From the NCBI RefSeq assembly GCF_000195955.2, contig NC_000962.3:1950001-1982000 (forward strand): 32,000 nt of DNA, read 5' to 3'. How positions within the stretch are numbered: position 1 is the stretch's first letter; the number at the start of each line of letters is the position of its first letter. Below the pieces are notes generated by a model. That model was not told where the DNA came from and did no database searches. It worked only from the letters and a program-made list of their open reading frames with translations. Shown piece after piece: positions 9,855 to 17,917 of this stretch. This DNA comes from Mycobacterium tuberculosis H37Rv (lineage in GTDB: Bacteria; Actinomycetota; Actinomycetes; Mycobacteriales; Mycobacteriaceae). A program made the translations under genes and the position numbers.

Positions 9855-10487
9855 TCACCGCTGCGTGCAGAACAGGCTGTCGATGTCGTGTTGCCAACTG
9901 GCGTTGCGAACGCGGATCAGAATCGCCCGAGTGAGCGCCAGCAGGGCGCCCGCAACCGCGGCGACGCTCAACCAGAGTCCCAAGGCGGCCAGGGCCGCAT
10001 CCGCAATGGCACGGGCCGGCGGAGCTGGTTCATCGACCAGCTGACCGGCACTGTCGACCCAAATGCCGACGCGGTCACCGGATTTGGTTCCCGGCTTCGC
10101 GTTGACCTCACCGCTGCGTTCTATTCCGTTCACGACCCATCGGGCAGGCACGGTGATCTTCGTGCGCGGCGGCGCTGACGTGGCGGTCGTGTTGCTGTCG
10201 ATCACCCCCTCGTGATCGATCACGGTCGCGGTTGCGGGATGGCGGGTCTGGGCCTGGTGGGCATAGACGTGGCTGCGGGAATCCTGGACTGCGGTGCCGG
10301 CCGCGGCGGCGAACGGGATAGTCAGCAGCGAGACCGTGACGGCCAGCAGCATGACGACCGCCTCGAGTCGATCCGTCCCACGCACCAGCGGATTGCGGCT
10401 GAACACCCGCAGTATCGTCCGGCACGGCAAGCGCAGCCTAAACGTGATCATGGTGGCTCCTTCACGATCGCGGGTTGTGGCGATCAT
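9855..10487 (-). CDS. Conserved transmembrane protein, DosR-regulon latency antigen (Rv1733c-like)
   Basis: 210 aa 'MIATTRDREGATMITFRLRLPCRTILRVFSRNPLVRGTDRLEAVVMLLAVTVSLLTIPFAAAAG...' with two hydrophobic segments. DosR-like box just upstream. Confidence 0.93.
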   Translation of the reverse strand: MIATTRDREGATMITFRLRLPCRTILRVFSRNPLVRGTDRLEAVVMLLAVTVSLLTIPFAAAAGTAVQDSRSHVYAHQAQTRHPATATVIDHEGVIDSNTTATSAPPRTKITVPARWVVNGIERSGEVNAKPGTKSGDRVGIWVDSAGQLVDEPAPPARAIADAALAALGLWLSVAAVAGALLALTRAILIRVRNASWQHDIDSLFCTQR

Positions 10488-10531
10488 CGCTGTGAATTGC
10501 TCGTGGCTCCTAGGGTCGTTCGGCCTTGGGG

Positions 10532-10551
10532 CTGGGGACGTCGGTCACGAA
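10532..10551 (-). promoter_or_regulatory. Candidate DosR (DevR) box upstream of Rv1733c-like gene
   Basis: 'ctggggacgtcggtcacgaa' versus consensus TTSGGGACTWWAGTCCCSAA, 45 bp upstream of the 10487 start. Confidence 0.5.
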
Positions 10552-10614
10552 TGGCTGGGCGCCGTGCATATCGGGTGAACCGGGCGTCGAACAAGCGAAG
10601 TTTTATTGTCGGAT

Positions 10615-10634
10615 AAGGGACTTTCGCCCCTTCC
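10615..10634. promoter_or_regulatory. Candidate DosR (DevR) box upstream of the sRNA-like element
   Basis: 'aagggactttcgccccttcc' matches the GGGACTTT..CCC core; its last base is about 33 bp upstream of the hairpin at 10667. Confidence 0.6.
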
Positions 10635-10666
10635 CGCCTGCTGTGTTTGGTGGCAGTATTGGTGAT

Positions 10667-10783
10667 ACCGGGGAAACCCGGTGATCTGCCCGAAGTGCTG
10701 GGCGATTGAGCGGGTATGTACACCCGGTTTGACCTACCGTCCCAAGACGGGGCTACCGCCTTCGGGCAGATCCTCATCCTGTT
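10667..10783 (+). ncRNA. DosR-regulated small RNA DrrS / MTS1338 (ends recalled from literature, not derived here)
   Basis: Non-coding interval with four perfect stems: 10667-672/10677-682 (GAAA loop), 10683-695/10760-772 (13 bp), 10711-715/10722-726, 10737-741/10746-750. Upstream DosR-like box and syntenic position between Rv1733c and Rv1734c/Rv1735c. Confidence 0.8.
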
Positions 10784-11016
10784 ACTGCGGCGCACCGCGT
10801 CAGCTCGTTGATCGACAGGAAGAACAGCGCGCCGCGATGGTCATCGCTGCAGCCGTGGTCAGCGGGCAGCGTAGCCAGCACGGTCGTCATGACGTGGATC
10901 GCGCCGTCGACGGCGCAAACTCGTTGTGCCGGCTTGCCGAAACTGACCAGCGCGACCTGAGGTGGGTAGATCACCCCGAAGACCGCGTCAACCCCCTGGT
11001 CACCGACGTTGGTCAT
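10774..11016 (-). CDS. Short protein resembling only the C-terminus of 2-oxoacid dehydrogenase E2 acyltransferases (Rv1734c-like)
   Basis: 80 aa 'MTNVGDQGVDAVFGVIYPPQVALVSFGKPAQRV...MTTVLATLPADHGCSDDHRGALFFLSIN' compared with E2 'TNLG..GV..F..II.PPQ..ILg.G...v...mtltLs.DHRvvDGa..a.FL'. Confidence 0.65.
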   Translation of the reverse strand: MTNVGDQGVDAVFGVIYPPQVALVSFGKPAQRVCAVDGAIHVMTTVLATLPADHGCSDDHRGALFFLSINELTRCAAVTG

Positions 11017-11045
11017 GGTGATCGTGAGGTCCGATAGCTCCGAGC

Positions 11046-11065
11046 CCGGGGACTTCGGTCCCCAG
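11046..11065. promoter_or_regulatory. Candidate DosR (DevR) box, also a perfect UUCG-loop hairpin, upstream of Rv1734c-like ORF
   Basis: 'ccggggacttcggtccccag': GGGGAC-TTCG-GTCCCC; 14/16 to the central DosR consensus; 30 bp upstream of the 11016 start. Confidence 0.6.
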
Positions 11066-11290
11066 AGCCCCCGACTTGGATCAGTGGTCGGATATCGCTC
11101 GATGACAGCGATGAGCTCTACACAACTGGCCGAGGCCAGAACACGAGGTTCGCCCGCGTGCTCGGACCATATCTGGTCGTTGTCACCGCCACGGCGCTAG
11201 CGCACGCGTCGTCGCGGACGTCCCGCTTGTTACGGGCGATTGGTGGCCAGGCGGTCATGGTGCTGATGGCATTGTCGGGCGGTATCTCAG

Positions 11291-11884
11291 CTACATCGGC
11301 TGGTTTCGACGAAACGCTCGAACTTGGTGGTCGAACGACCGCGGCGGGCGGCAGATGATGGCATGGGTGTCATCAGCGGCCCCGATGGCGTGCGATGACC
11401 GGCCGCTGCGGCCGATGGTGGCGGCTAGGTGGTGCAGCATGGCAACGAAGGTGATCGTCCACACCGCCAACGCGACCCAACCTTCGAATTCGCCGATGCT
11501 TTCGACGATGGGCAGATGGGCGGCCAGGCCGAGACGGTATGCGCCCACGCCGTACATGCCGAGCGGGAACACGACGCTCCACAACGTTGCCTCGTAGCGC
11601 AGCGGGACACGGTGGACGACATGTTTCCATATGCTGGCGGCGACCAGCGGTGGGATCAGCCACGGTCCGAAGGCCCAGAACACCACCGACGCTCCCGCAA
11701 CGAGTCCGCTGGTGACGATAGCCATTGGTGCATCAGCCATTTCGACGATGTGGGCGCCGGCCAGCACGGTGATAGCCGTGGCGCCCATCGCCACCCAATA
11801 GGGCGGGGTGAGATCCGCGGGCCGCAGCGGGTAGAGCAGCAGGCGGGCGACGACCAGGCTGCCGACAGCGACGTACAGAAACAC
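11291..11884 (-). CDS. TDT-family (tellurite-resistance/C4-dicarboxylate) transporter, C-terminal portion (Rv1735c-like)
   Basis: 197-aa GTG-start ORF, hydrophobic, 'PLRPADLTPPYWVAMGATAITVLAGAHIV...FWAFGPWLIPPLVAASIWKHVVHRVPLRYEATLWSVVFPLGMY'. The commonly annotated 165-aa form would start at internal MGATAI (11788). Confidence 0.7.
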   Translation of the reverse strand: MFLYVAVGSLVVARLLLYPLRPADLTPPYWVAMGATAITVLAGAHIVEMADAPMAIVTSGLVAGASVVFWAFGPWLIPPLVAASIWKHVVHRVPLRYEATLWSVVFPLGMYGVGAYRLGLAAHLPIVESIGEFEGWVALAVWTITFVAMLHHLAATIGRSGRSSHAIGAADDTHAIICRPPRSFDHQVRAFRRNQPM

Positions 11885-11886
11885 GC

Positions 11887-12129
11887 CTACTGACCAACTA
11901 ATCGCGTGCCGAGCACGTCGGACGCAGCGACAAAGGTGAACATCCCAAATCCCCGGCGCGGATCAGCTAGGTCGTCGGCGAATTCTTTGCGGAAGATGAC
12001 GATTCGTGTCGTGCTCACCGCGATCAAGACAGCATAGGCGGTGCAGGTCACCCACAGCAGGACGACGGAAAGGGCATACGTCCACCCGCACAGGCGGGTG
12101 ACGACAGGGCCGAAAGTCGTGTCTCGCAT
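11887..12129 (-). pseudogene. N-terminal fragment of the same TDT-family transporter
   Basis: 80 aa 'MRDTTFGPVVTRLCGWTYALSVVLLWVTCTAYAVLIAVSTTRIVIFRKEFADDLADPRRGFGMFTFVAASDVLGTRLVGQ*'. The stop falls directly before the out-of-frame C-terminal part at 11884. Confidence 0.65.
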
Positions 12130-12227
12130 CGAAATCGACGCCAGCGCGGACTTGTTCGACGAGTAGACGTGTCGCTAACGTCGATCTCGATGGGCAGTCC
12201 TGTCCGCTCGCCGAAGACGCACTCCCG

Positions 12228-14186
12228 TCACCACCCGCGCCGCCGCGGCCGCGTTAGCACCAGCTCCTCGCGGCTGCGGTAGATGATGTACGGGCGGAAC
12301 AGATAGCCGATCGGGGCGCTGAACGCGTGTACCAGCCGGGTGAACGGCCACAACGCGAACAACGCCAACCCGATCAGCACATGGATCTGGTAATACAGCG
12401 GAGCCTCGGCCATCAGGTCCCCGCGCGGTTGCAGTACCCACACCGAGCGGAACCACACCGACACCGTCTCGCGGTAGTTGTACGCCTCGCCGACAACGCC
12501 GGAGCCCAACGCCGTCGCACCCAGTCCCGCGACGATCGCCGCCACCAGCACGAGGTACATCACCTTGTCGTTGACGGTGGTAGCCATGAACACCGGCCCG
12601 CGGGTGCGCCGCCGGTAGATCAGCAGGGTAACGCCGGCCAAGGTGGTGATGCCGGCGATCGACCCCAGCACGACGGCCTGCACGTGATATGCGCCCTCGC
12701 TCAAACCGGCGGCCTGAGTCCACGACTGCGGGATCACGAGCCCGATACCGTGGCCGACGATGACCACCAGGATGCCGAAATGAAACATCGGGCTGGCGAT
12801 CCGCAGCAGCCGCGACTCGTACAGCTGGGACGAGCGGGTGGTCCAGCCGAATTTGTCATAGCGGTAGCGCCACCAGGAGCCGACCGCGACGATCGTCATC
12901 GTCACATACGGCACGACGGTCCAGAAGAGTTCGCCCATCATGTCACCCGTCCGGCATACCGCGGCCACCGTGTGTGCGTATGGCAATGCGGCCTCGGTCA
13001 GGGCATTGCACAGCGCGGCGATGGGCACCCGGTACCCGCTCAGCAACCGTCGCCCCGCCTCGGGGTCGACGGTCGCGGCGAATTCGAGCACCACCGGCAG
13101 GAAGTCCGGGGTCTCGCCGCGCGGTGGTGCGACGTCGGTGCTGCGGTAGGTCTGGGCGAAGGCCAGCATCTCCCGGCCGCGGTTGCGGGTGTCGCCGGCG
13201 GTCCAGTAGGTCAGGTACAGGGTGGCGCGGCCTCGCAGGTCGAAGGTGTCGACGTAGCGGGTCGCCGCGGTCAGCGGATCGGCACGGCGCAGCTCAGAGA
13301 CCGTGCGCCCCAACAGATCCGCGGCCGGACCGTCGATGTGGGCCAGCAATTCCTCTGCGGTGCCGAGTTGCCGTGAGTTCGGGTAGGTCAGCAGCACCGA
13401 GGCGCATTGCCACACCACGTCCCACCAATCTCCGGACTCCGGCACGTCGGTCTGGTCGCCGAACACCTGCGGGGAGGCCACCGGCAGGTCGGCGTACCAG
13501 TCGTAGAACGACGTCATCACCCCGCCGATTAGCTCCACGAACCGCGACCCCGCGGCGTGGCTCACCATGGACATCGCCGGGATGGGGGAGAAGCCGGCAA
13601 CCCGGTCCGGGCCGTATGTGGAGATGGTGTGCACGTGGGCGGCGGCGATCATCTCGGTGGCCTCGGCCCAGCTGACCCGGACCAGCCCGCCCTTGCCGCG
13701 GGCGCGCTGGTAGCGGCGGCGCCGCCGCGGGTCGGCCTGGATGTCGGCCCAGGCCGCCACCGGATCACCCAAACGTGCCTTCGCCTCCCGATACATCTCG
13801 ACAAGCACGCCGCGGGCGTACGGATGGCGCACCCGCGTCGGCGAATACGTGTACCAGGAAAACGCCGCGCCGCGCGGGCAGCCGCGGGGCTCATACTCGG
13901 GCCGGTCCGGGCCCACCGACGGATAGTCGGTCTCCTGCGTCTCCCAGGTGATGATGTCGTCTTTGACGTAGATCTTCCAAGAACACGACCCGGTGCAATT
14001 CACCCCGTGTGTGGAGCGGACCACCTTGTCGTGGCTCCACCGGTCTCGATAGAACACGTCGCCGTCGCGGCCGCCGCGGCGGGTCACGGTACGCAGATCC
14101 GCCGAGATCTCACCCGGGATGAAGAACCGGCCGCTGCGTGCAAGCAGCTCCTCGATGCGGCTGCCGGTCCGTGGTGTCACCGTCAC
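12228..14186 (-). CDS. narX: Fused nitrate reductase-like protein NarX (NarG N-terminus + NarJ + NarI)
   Basis: 652 aa; NarG-like 'VVRSTHGVNCTGSCSWKIYVKDDIITWETQETDYP', NarJ-like 'CASVLLTYPNSRQLG...', NarI-like 'SSQLYESRLLRIASPMFHFGILVVIVGHGIGLVIPQSWT'. Confidence 0.95.
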   Translation of the reverse strand: MTVTPRTGSRIEELLARSGRFFIPGEISADLRTVTRRGGRDGDVFYRDRWSHDKVVRSTHGVNCTGSCSWKIYVKDDIITWETQETDYPSVGPDRPEYEPRGCPRGAAFSWYTYSPTRVRHPYARGVLVEMYREAKARLGDPVAAWADIQADPRRRRRYQRARGKGGLVRVSWAEATEMIAAAHVHTISTYGPDRVAGFSPIPAMSMVSHAAGSRFVELIGGVMTSFYDWYADLPVASPQVFGDQTDVPESGDWWDVVWQCASVLLTYPNSRQLGTAEELLAHIDGPAADLLGRTVSELRRADPLTAATRYVDTFDLRGRATLYLTYWTAGDTRNRGREMLAFAQTYRSTDVAPPRGETPDFLPVVLEFAATVDPEAGRRLLSGYRVPIAALCNALTEAALPYAHTVAAVCRTGDMMGELFWTVVPYVTMTIVAVGSWWRYRYDKFGWTTRSSQLYESRLLRIASPMFHFGILVVIVGHGIGLVIPQSWTQAAGLSEGAYHVQAVVLGSIAGITTLAGVTLLIYRRRTRGPVFMATTVNDKVMYLVLVAAIVAGLGATALGSGVVGEAYNYRETVSVWFRSVWVLQPRGDLMAEAPLYYQIHVLIGLALFALWPFTRLVHAFSAPIGYLFRPYIIYRSREELVLTRPRRRGW

Positions 14187-15370
14187 CTGGACGCCTCCTC
14201 ACTCACCGGCTCCCGCGCGTGCAGCGCGGTGTAGGTACACGCGACCAGCGCGGTCGCCACCAGCAGCAGCAACCCGACCGTGTAGTCGTTGTCGACCGGG
14301 TCGTAGGTCGCGCCCATCACCAGCGGCGGGAAGTAACCGCCCAATCCGCCTGCCGCGGCGACGATTCCGGTGACCGAGCCGACCGATGCGGCCGGGGCGC
14401 GGCGGGCCACCCACGCGAACACGCCGCCGGTGCCCACGCCGAGGCAGACCGCCAGGGTGATGAAGGTGGCCGCCGACCACACCTCCGGCGGCGGCTGCAA
14501 CGCCGCGGCGAACGCCAGCAGCGCGGTCCCGGCGAGCGAGGCCAGCACCACGTGCCTCGGTGCGATCCGGTCGGAGAGCCACCCGCCCACCGGCCGGGCC
14601 AGCACCGCCGCCAGGGCGAACCCGGCGGTGCGAGCGCCCGCGTCGACCGTGGAGAACCCGTAGATCGTGGTGATGTAGGTGGGCAGGTAGTTGCTGAACG
14701 CCACGAACCCGCCGAACACGATCGCGTACAGAAACGACATCTCCCAGGTCACCGGCAACCGTGCCGCGGCCTTGAGCCTGGGCAGCACCGGGTCGGCGTT
14801 GGGCCGAAAGTAGGGTGCATCACGAAGCACGACCATGGCCACCACGGCGGTCGACGCGAGCGCGGCCGCGACGATGGCGTGGGTGGTGAACAGGCCGAAC
14901 CACCGTACAAACCGCGGGGTGAAGAACGCCGAGAGCGCGGTGCCGACCATGCCCATACCGAACACGCCGGTGGAGAAACCGCGCCGCGCCGGCTGGTACC
15001 AGTTGTTGGCGAACGGGATGCCGACGGCGAAGATCGTGCCGGCAACGCCCAGGAAGAGCCCGAAAAACACCAGCAACGCGTAGGAGCCCATGGTTGCCGC
15101 GACCCCGACCGCGAGCACCGGGAGGATCGACGCCAGCGTCACCGCGATGAGCATGGCGCGCCCGCCGAAGCGGTCGGTGAGCGGCCCGGTGACGATGCGG
15201 CCAAGGGCACCCACCAGGATCGGGGTGGCGACGAGCAGCGACGCCTCGGCGCTGGACAGTGACATGTCACGCGCGTAGCTGGTCGACAGCGGGCCGATCA
15301 GGTTCCACGCCCAGAAGTTGACCACCGAGATCCAGGTGGCCAGCACGAGATTGGCCGCTTGCCCTCTCAT
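14183..15370 (-). CDS. narK2: Nitrate/nitrite transporter, MFS family
   Basis: 395 aa from 'MRGQAANLVLATWISVVNFWAWNLIGPLSTSYARDMSLS'; stop overlaps the narX start (ATGA-type). The longer ORF begins at 15427. Confidence 0.93.
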   Translation of the reverse strand: MRGQAANLVLATWISVVNFWAWNLIGPLSTSYARDMSLSSAEASLLVATPILVGALGRIVTGPLTDRFGGRAMLIAVTLASILPVLAVGVAATMGSYALLVFFGLFLGVAGTIFAVGIPFANNWYQPARRGFSTGVFGMGMVGTALSAFFTPRFVRWFGLFTTHAIVAAALASTAVVAMVVLRDAPYFRPNADPVLPRLKAAARLPVTWEMSFLYAIVFGGFVAFSNYLPTYITTIYGFSTVDAGARTAGFALAAVLARPVGGWLSDRIAPRHVVLASLAGTALLAFAAALQPPPEVWSAATFITLAVCLGVGTGGVFAWVARRAPAASVGSVTGIVAAAGGLGGYFPPLVMGATYDPVDNDYTVGLLLLVATALVACTYTALHAREPVSEEASR

Positions 15371-15460
15371 CGACACGATCCGGGGTCTCGGACTCCGGCG
15401 AACTCCGCGCCCCGCCCGGACAGCCATGCGCTAACCCTGGCTTCGATGGCGCCGGCTCAG

Positions 15461-15480
15461 TTAGGGCCGGAAGTCCCCAA
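15461..15480. promoter_or_regulatory. Candidate DosR (DevR) box in the narK2/Rv1738 divergent region
   Basis: 'ttagggccggaagtccccaa' versus TTSGGGACTWWAGTCCCSAA. Confidence 0.65.
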
Positions 15481-15522
15481 TGTGGCAGACCTTTCGCCCC
15501 TGGCGGACGAATGACCCCAGTG

Positions 15523-15542
15523 GCCGGGACTTCAGGCCCTAT
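15523..15542. promoter_or_regulatory. Candidate second DosR (DevR) box in the narK2/Rv1738 divergent region
   Basis: 'gccgggacttcaggccctat' contains GGGACTTCAGGCCC. Confidence 0.6.
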
Positions 15543-15656
15543 CGGAGGGCTCCGGCGCGGTGGTCGGATTTGTCTGTGGAGGTTACACCCCAATCGCAAG
15601 GATGCATTATGACCAGCGAGCTGAGCCTGGTCGCCACTGGAAAGGGGAGCAACATC

Positions 15657-15941
15657 ATGTGCGGCGACCAGTCGGATCACGTGCTGCAGCACTGGACCGT
15701 CGACATATCGATCGACGAACACGAAGGATTGACTCGGGCGAAGGCACGGCTGCGTTGGCGGGAAAAGGAATTGGTGGGTGTTGGCCTGGCAAGGCTCAAT
15801 CCGGCCGACCGCAACGTCCCCGAGATCGGCGATGAACTCTCGGTCGCCCGAGCCTTGTCCGACTTGGGGAAGCGAATGTTGAAGGTGTCGACCCACGACA
15901 TCGAAGCTGTTACCCATCAGCCGGCGCGATTGTTGTATTGA
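15657..15941 (+). CDS. Dormancy-associated small protein, hibernation-factor-like fold (Rv1738-like)
   Basis: 94 aa '[75 protein letters not shown]'. Divergent from narK2 with DosR-like boxes between. Confidence 0.9.
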
Positions 15942-15954
15942 GGGTGCCGGCGCG

Positions 15955-17637
15955 TTAGCGCCGACGGAACGCCTGCACTGCGGTAGGCAATGTCATAAAG
16001 ATATGGTCTTCGCCAATCTTATCGAGAAGACTGGCGGCCCTGAGTGATTCACGCAAGTCTTGTTTGACCCGGGCCATGGCGAACACTATTCCCCGACGCA
16101 GCAGCTCGGTGCGGAGTTGGTCGAGCGCATCCAGCGCAGTCAGGTCGACCTCCACATTGGATTCGGCGTTGAGTACGAACCACTCGACTTGCCCCGGATC
16201 CTGATCGACCACGGTCAGTGCTCGCCTGCGGAAGTCTTCGGCATTGGCGAAGCACAACGGCGCGTCATAGCGATACACCACCAGCCCGGGCACGCGCTTG
16301 GCCTGCGGATAGTCATCGATGTCGTGCATGCCGGCAATGCCCGGCACGAACCCGAGAACGCTGTCATGCGGATGTGCGACCCGACGAAGCAGTTCGAGGA
16401 TGGACAGGGCAACCGCGGCGAGGACTCCATAGAACACTCCTAGGCCTAACACGGCTGCTGTGGTGGCTAGTGCCAGCATGAGTTCGCTGCGCCGAAACCG
16501 CGCCAGTCGCCGGAATTCTGACAAGTCGATCAAGCGTAGCGCGGCATATACCACCAAAGCGCCCAGAGCGGCGATCGGAAACATGGCCAGCAGCCCACTC
16601 GCGAAAACCATCACGATGACAACAAGCCCCAACGCGATCAGCGAGTACAGCTGGGTGCGGCCACCGACGACGTCGGCGAGGGCGGTACGGCTGCTGCTGG
16701 AACTCACCGGAAAACCGTGTGTCAGCCCGGCGGCGATGTTGCAGGCCCCGACCGCGCGCAGCTCGGCGTTGGCATTGACTTCCTGACCTCGACGAGCGGC
16801 GAAGGCGCGTGCGGTCAACACACCGTCGGTGAAGGTAACAATCGCGATCCCGGCAGCCGGAATGATCAGTGCCCGCAAGTCTTCCACCGAAACGGGCGGC
16901 ACACCCGGCGTCGGCAGACCGGAAGGTATCCGACCCACAATCGCAATACCTTTGGCATCCAAGGACATAACGGCCACTAGCATCGTGGCCGCAAGAACCG
17001 CGATGATCGGTCCGGGGGCGCGCGGCGCCCACCGCGTGAGCATAGTTAGCAGCGCTAGGACAGACATGGCTAACACAAAAGTCGGCCAGTGAACTCGCGT
17101 GACGCTAGTCGCGAAAGAGTGTACTTCGCTGAAGAATTCGTTGCCTTCGACCGAGGTGCCGGTGATAGTGCCGAGTTGGCTGGAGATCATGACAAGCGCG
17201 ATGCCGGCCATGTATCCGACGAGCACCGGCCGCGATCGCAGGCTGGCGAGGAAACCTAGTCGCGCCGTGCCAGCGAGTAGGCAGATAAGGCCGACTAGCA
17301 ATCCGAGGGTTGCCGCCAGAACGGCATAGCGTCGAAGATCCCCGGCGGCCATCGGAGCGAGCACGGCCGCCGTCATCAAGGCGGTGGCGGATTCCGGGCC
17401 GATTGAAAGCTGCCGGGACGATCCGAGCAGTGCGTAAATGGCAAGCGGCGCGATCGACGCCCACAGCCCGGCTGCCGGCGGTAGGCCCGCCACGGTCGCA
17501 TACGCCATCGCTTGCGGGATCAGATAGGCGGCCACGGTCAGGCCGGCGAGGACATCGCCGCGCAGCCAACGCCGTTGGTATTCGCGGAACTGCACCACCC
17601 CTGGTGCCCAGCCGGCCGATGTCATCGTGGGAATCAT
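15955..17637 (-). CDS. SulP-family sulfate/anion transporter with C-terminal STAS domain (Rv1739c-like)
   Basis: 560 aa; 'GLTVAAYLIPQAMAYATVAGLPPAAGLWASIAPLAIYALLGSSRQLSIGPESATALM'; STAS-like 'EWFVLNAESNVEVDLTALDALDQLRTEL'. Confidence 0.95.
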   Translation of the reverse strand: MIPTMTSAGWAPGVVQFREYQRRWLRGDVLAGLTVAAYLIPQAMAYATVAGLPPAAGLWASIAPLAIYALLGSSRQLSIGPESATALMTAAVLAPMAAGDLRRYAVLAATLGLLVGLICLLAGTARLGFLASLRSRPVLVGYMAGIALVMISSQLGTITGTSVEGNEFFSEVHSFATSVTRVHWPTFVLAMSVLALLTMLTRWAPRAPGPIIAVLAATMLVAVMSLDAKGIAIVGRIPSGLPTPGVPPVSVEDLRALIIPAAGIAIVTFTDGVLTARAFAARRGQEVNANAELRAVGACNIAAGLTHGFPVSSSSSRTALADVVGGRTQLYSLIALGLVVIVMVFASGLLAMFPIAALGALVVYAALRLIDLSEFRRLARFRRSELMLALATTAAVLGLGVFYGVLAAVALSILELLRRVAHPHDSVLGFVPGIAGMHDIDDYPQAKRVPGLVVYRYDAPLCFANAEDFRRRALTVVDQDPGQVEWFVLNAESNVEVDLTALDALDQLRTELLRRGIVFAMARVKQDLRESLRAASLLDKIGEDHIFMTLPTAVQAFRRR

Positions 17638-17704
17638 TGTCCGACGGCTGGCCGCTTAGCTAGAGTCGGTCTAGAACCCGCCCAATCTTTATAGAATCCT
17701 GACC

Positions 17705-17917
17705 ATGGAATTGGCGGCTCGAATGGGCGAGACTTTGACACAAGCGGTCGTAGTTGCAGTGCGGGAGCAACTGGCCCGCCGGACCGGGCGCACCAGATCC
17801 ATTTCGCTACGCGAGGAGTTGGCCGCCATTGGCCGGCGCTGCGCGGCCTTACCGGTGCTCGACACCCGAGCCGCGGACACGATTCTCGGCTACGACGAGC
17901 GCGGGTTGCCCGCCTGA
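17705..17917 (+). CDS. vapB34: VapB-family antitoxin
   Basis: 70 aa '[29 protein letters not shown]...[19 protein letters not shown]', overlapping the PIN ORF start at 17917. Confidence 0.88.
   Translation: MELAARMGETLTQAVVVAVREQLARRTGRTRSISLREELAAIGRRCAALPVLDTRAADTILGYDERGLPA

Noticed and set aside
12327-13376. Long + strand ORF (349 aa) opposite narX
   Set aside because: Antisense shadow ORF in GC-rich sequence. The product is Arg/Gln/His-rich without recognisable domains, while the opposite strand has clear NarI/NarJ homology.
14138-15262. 374-aa + strand ORF opposite narK2
   Set aside because: Shadow ORF composed mostly of R/G/Q/H/E residues with no domain. narK2 on the other strand is convincing.
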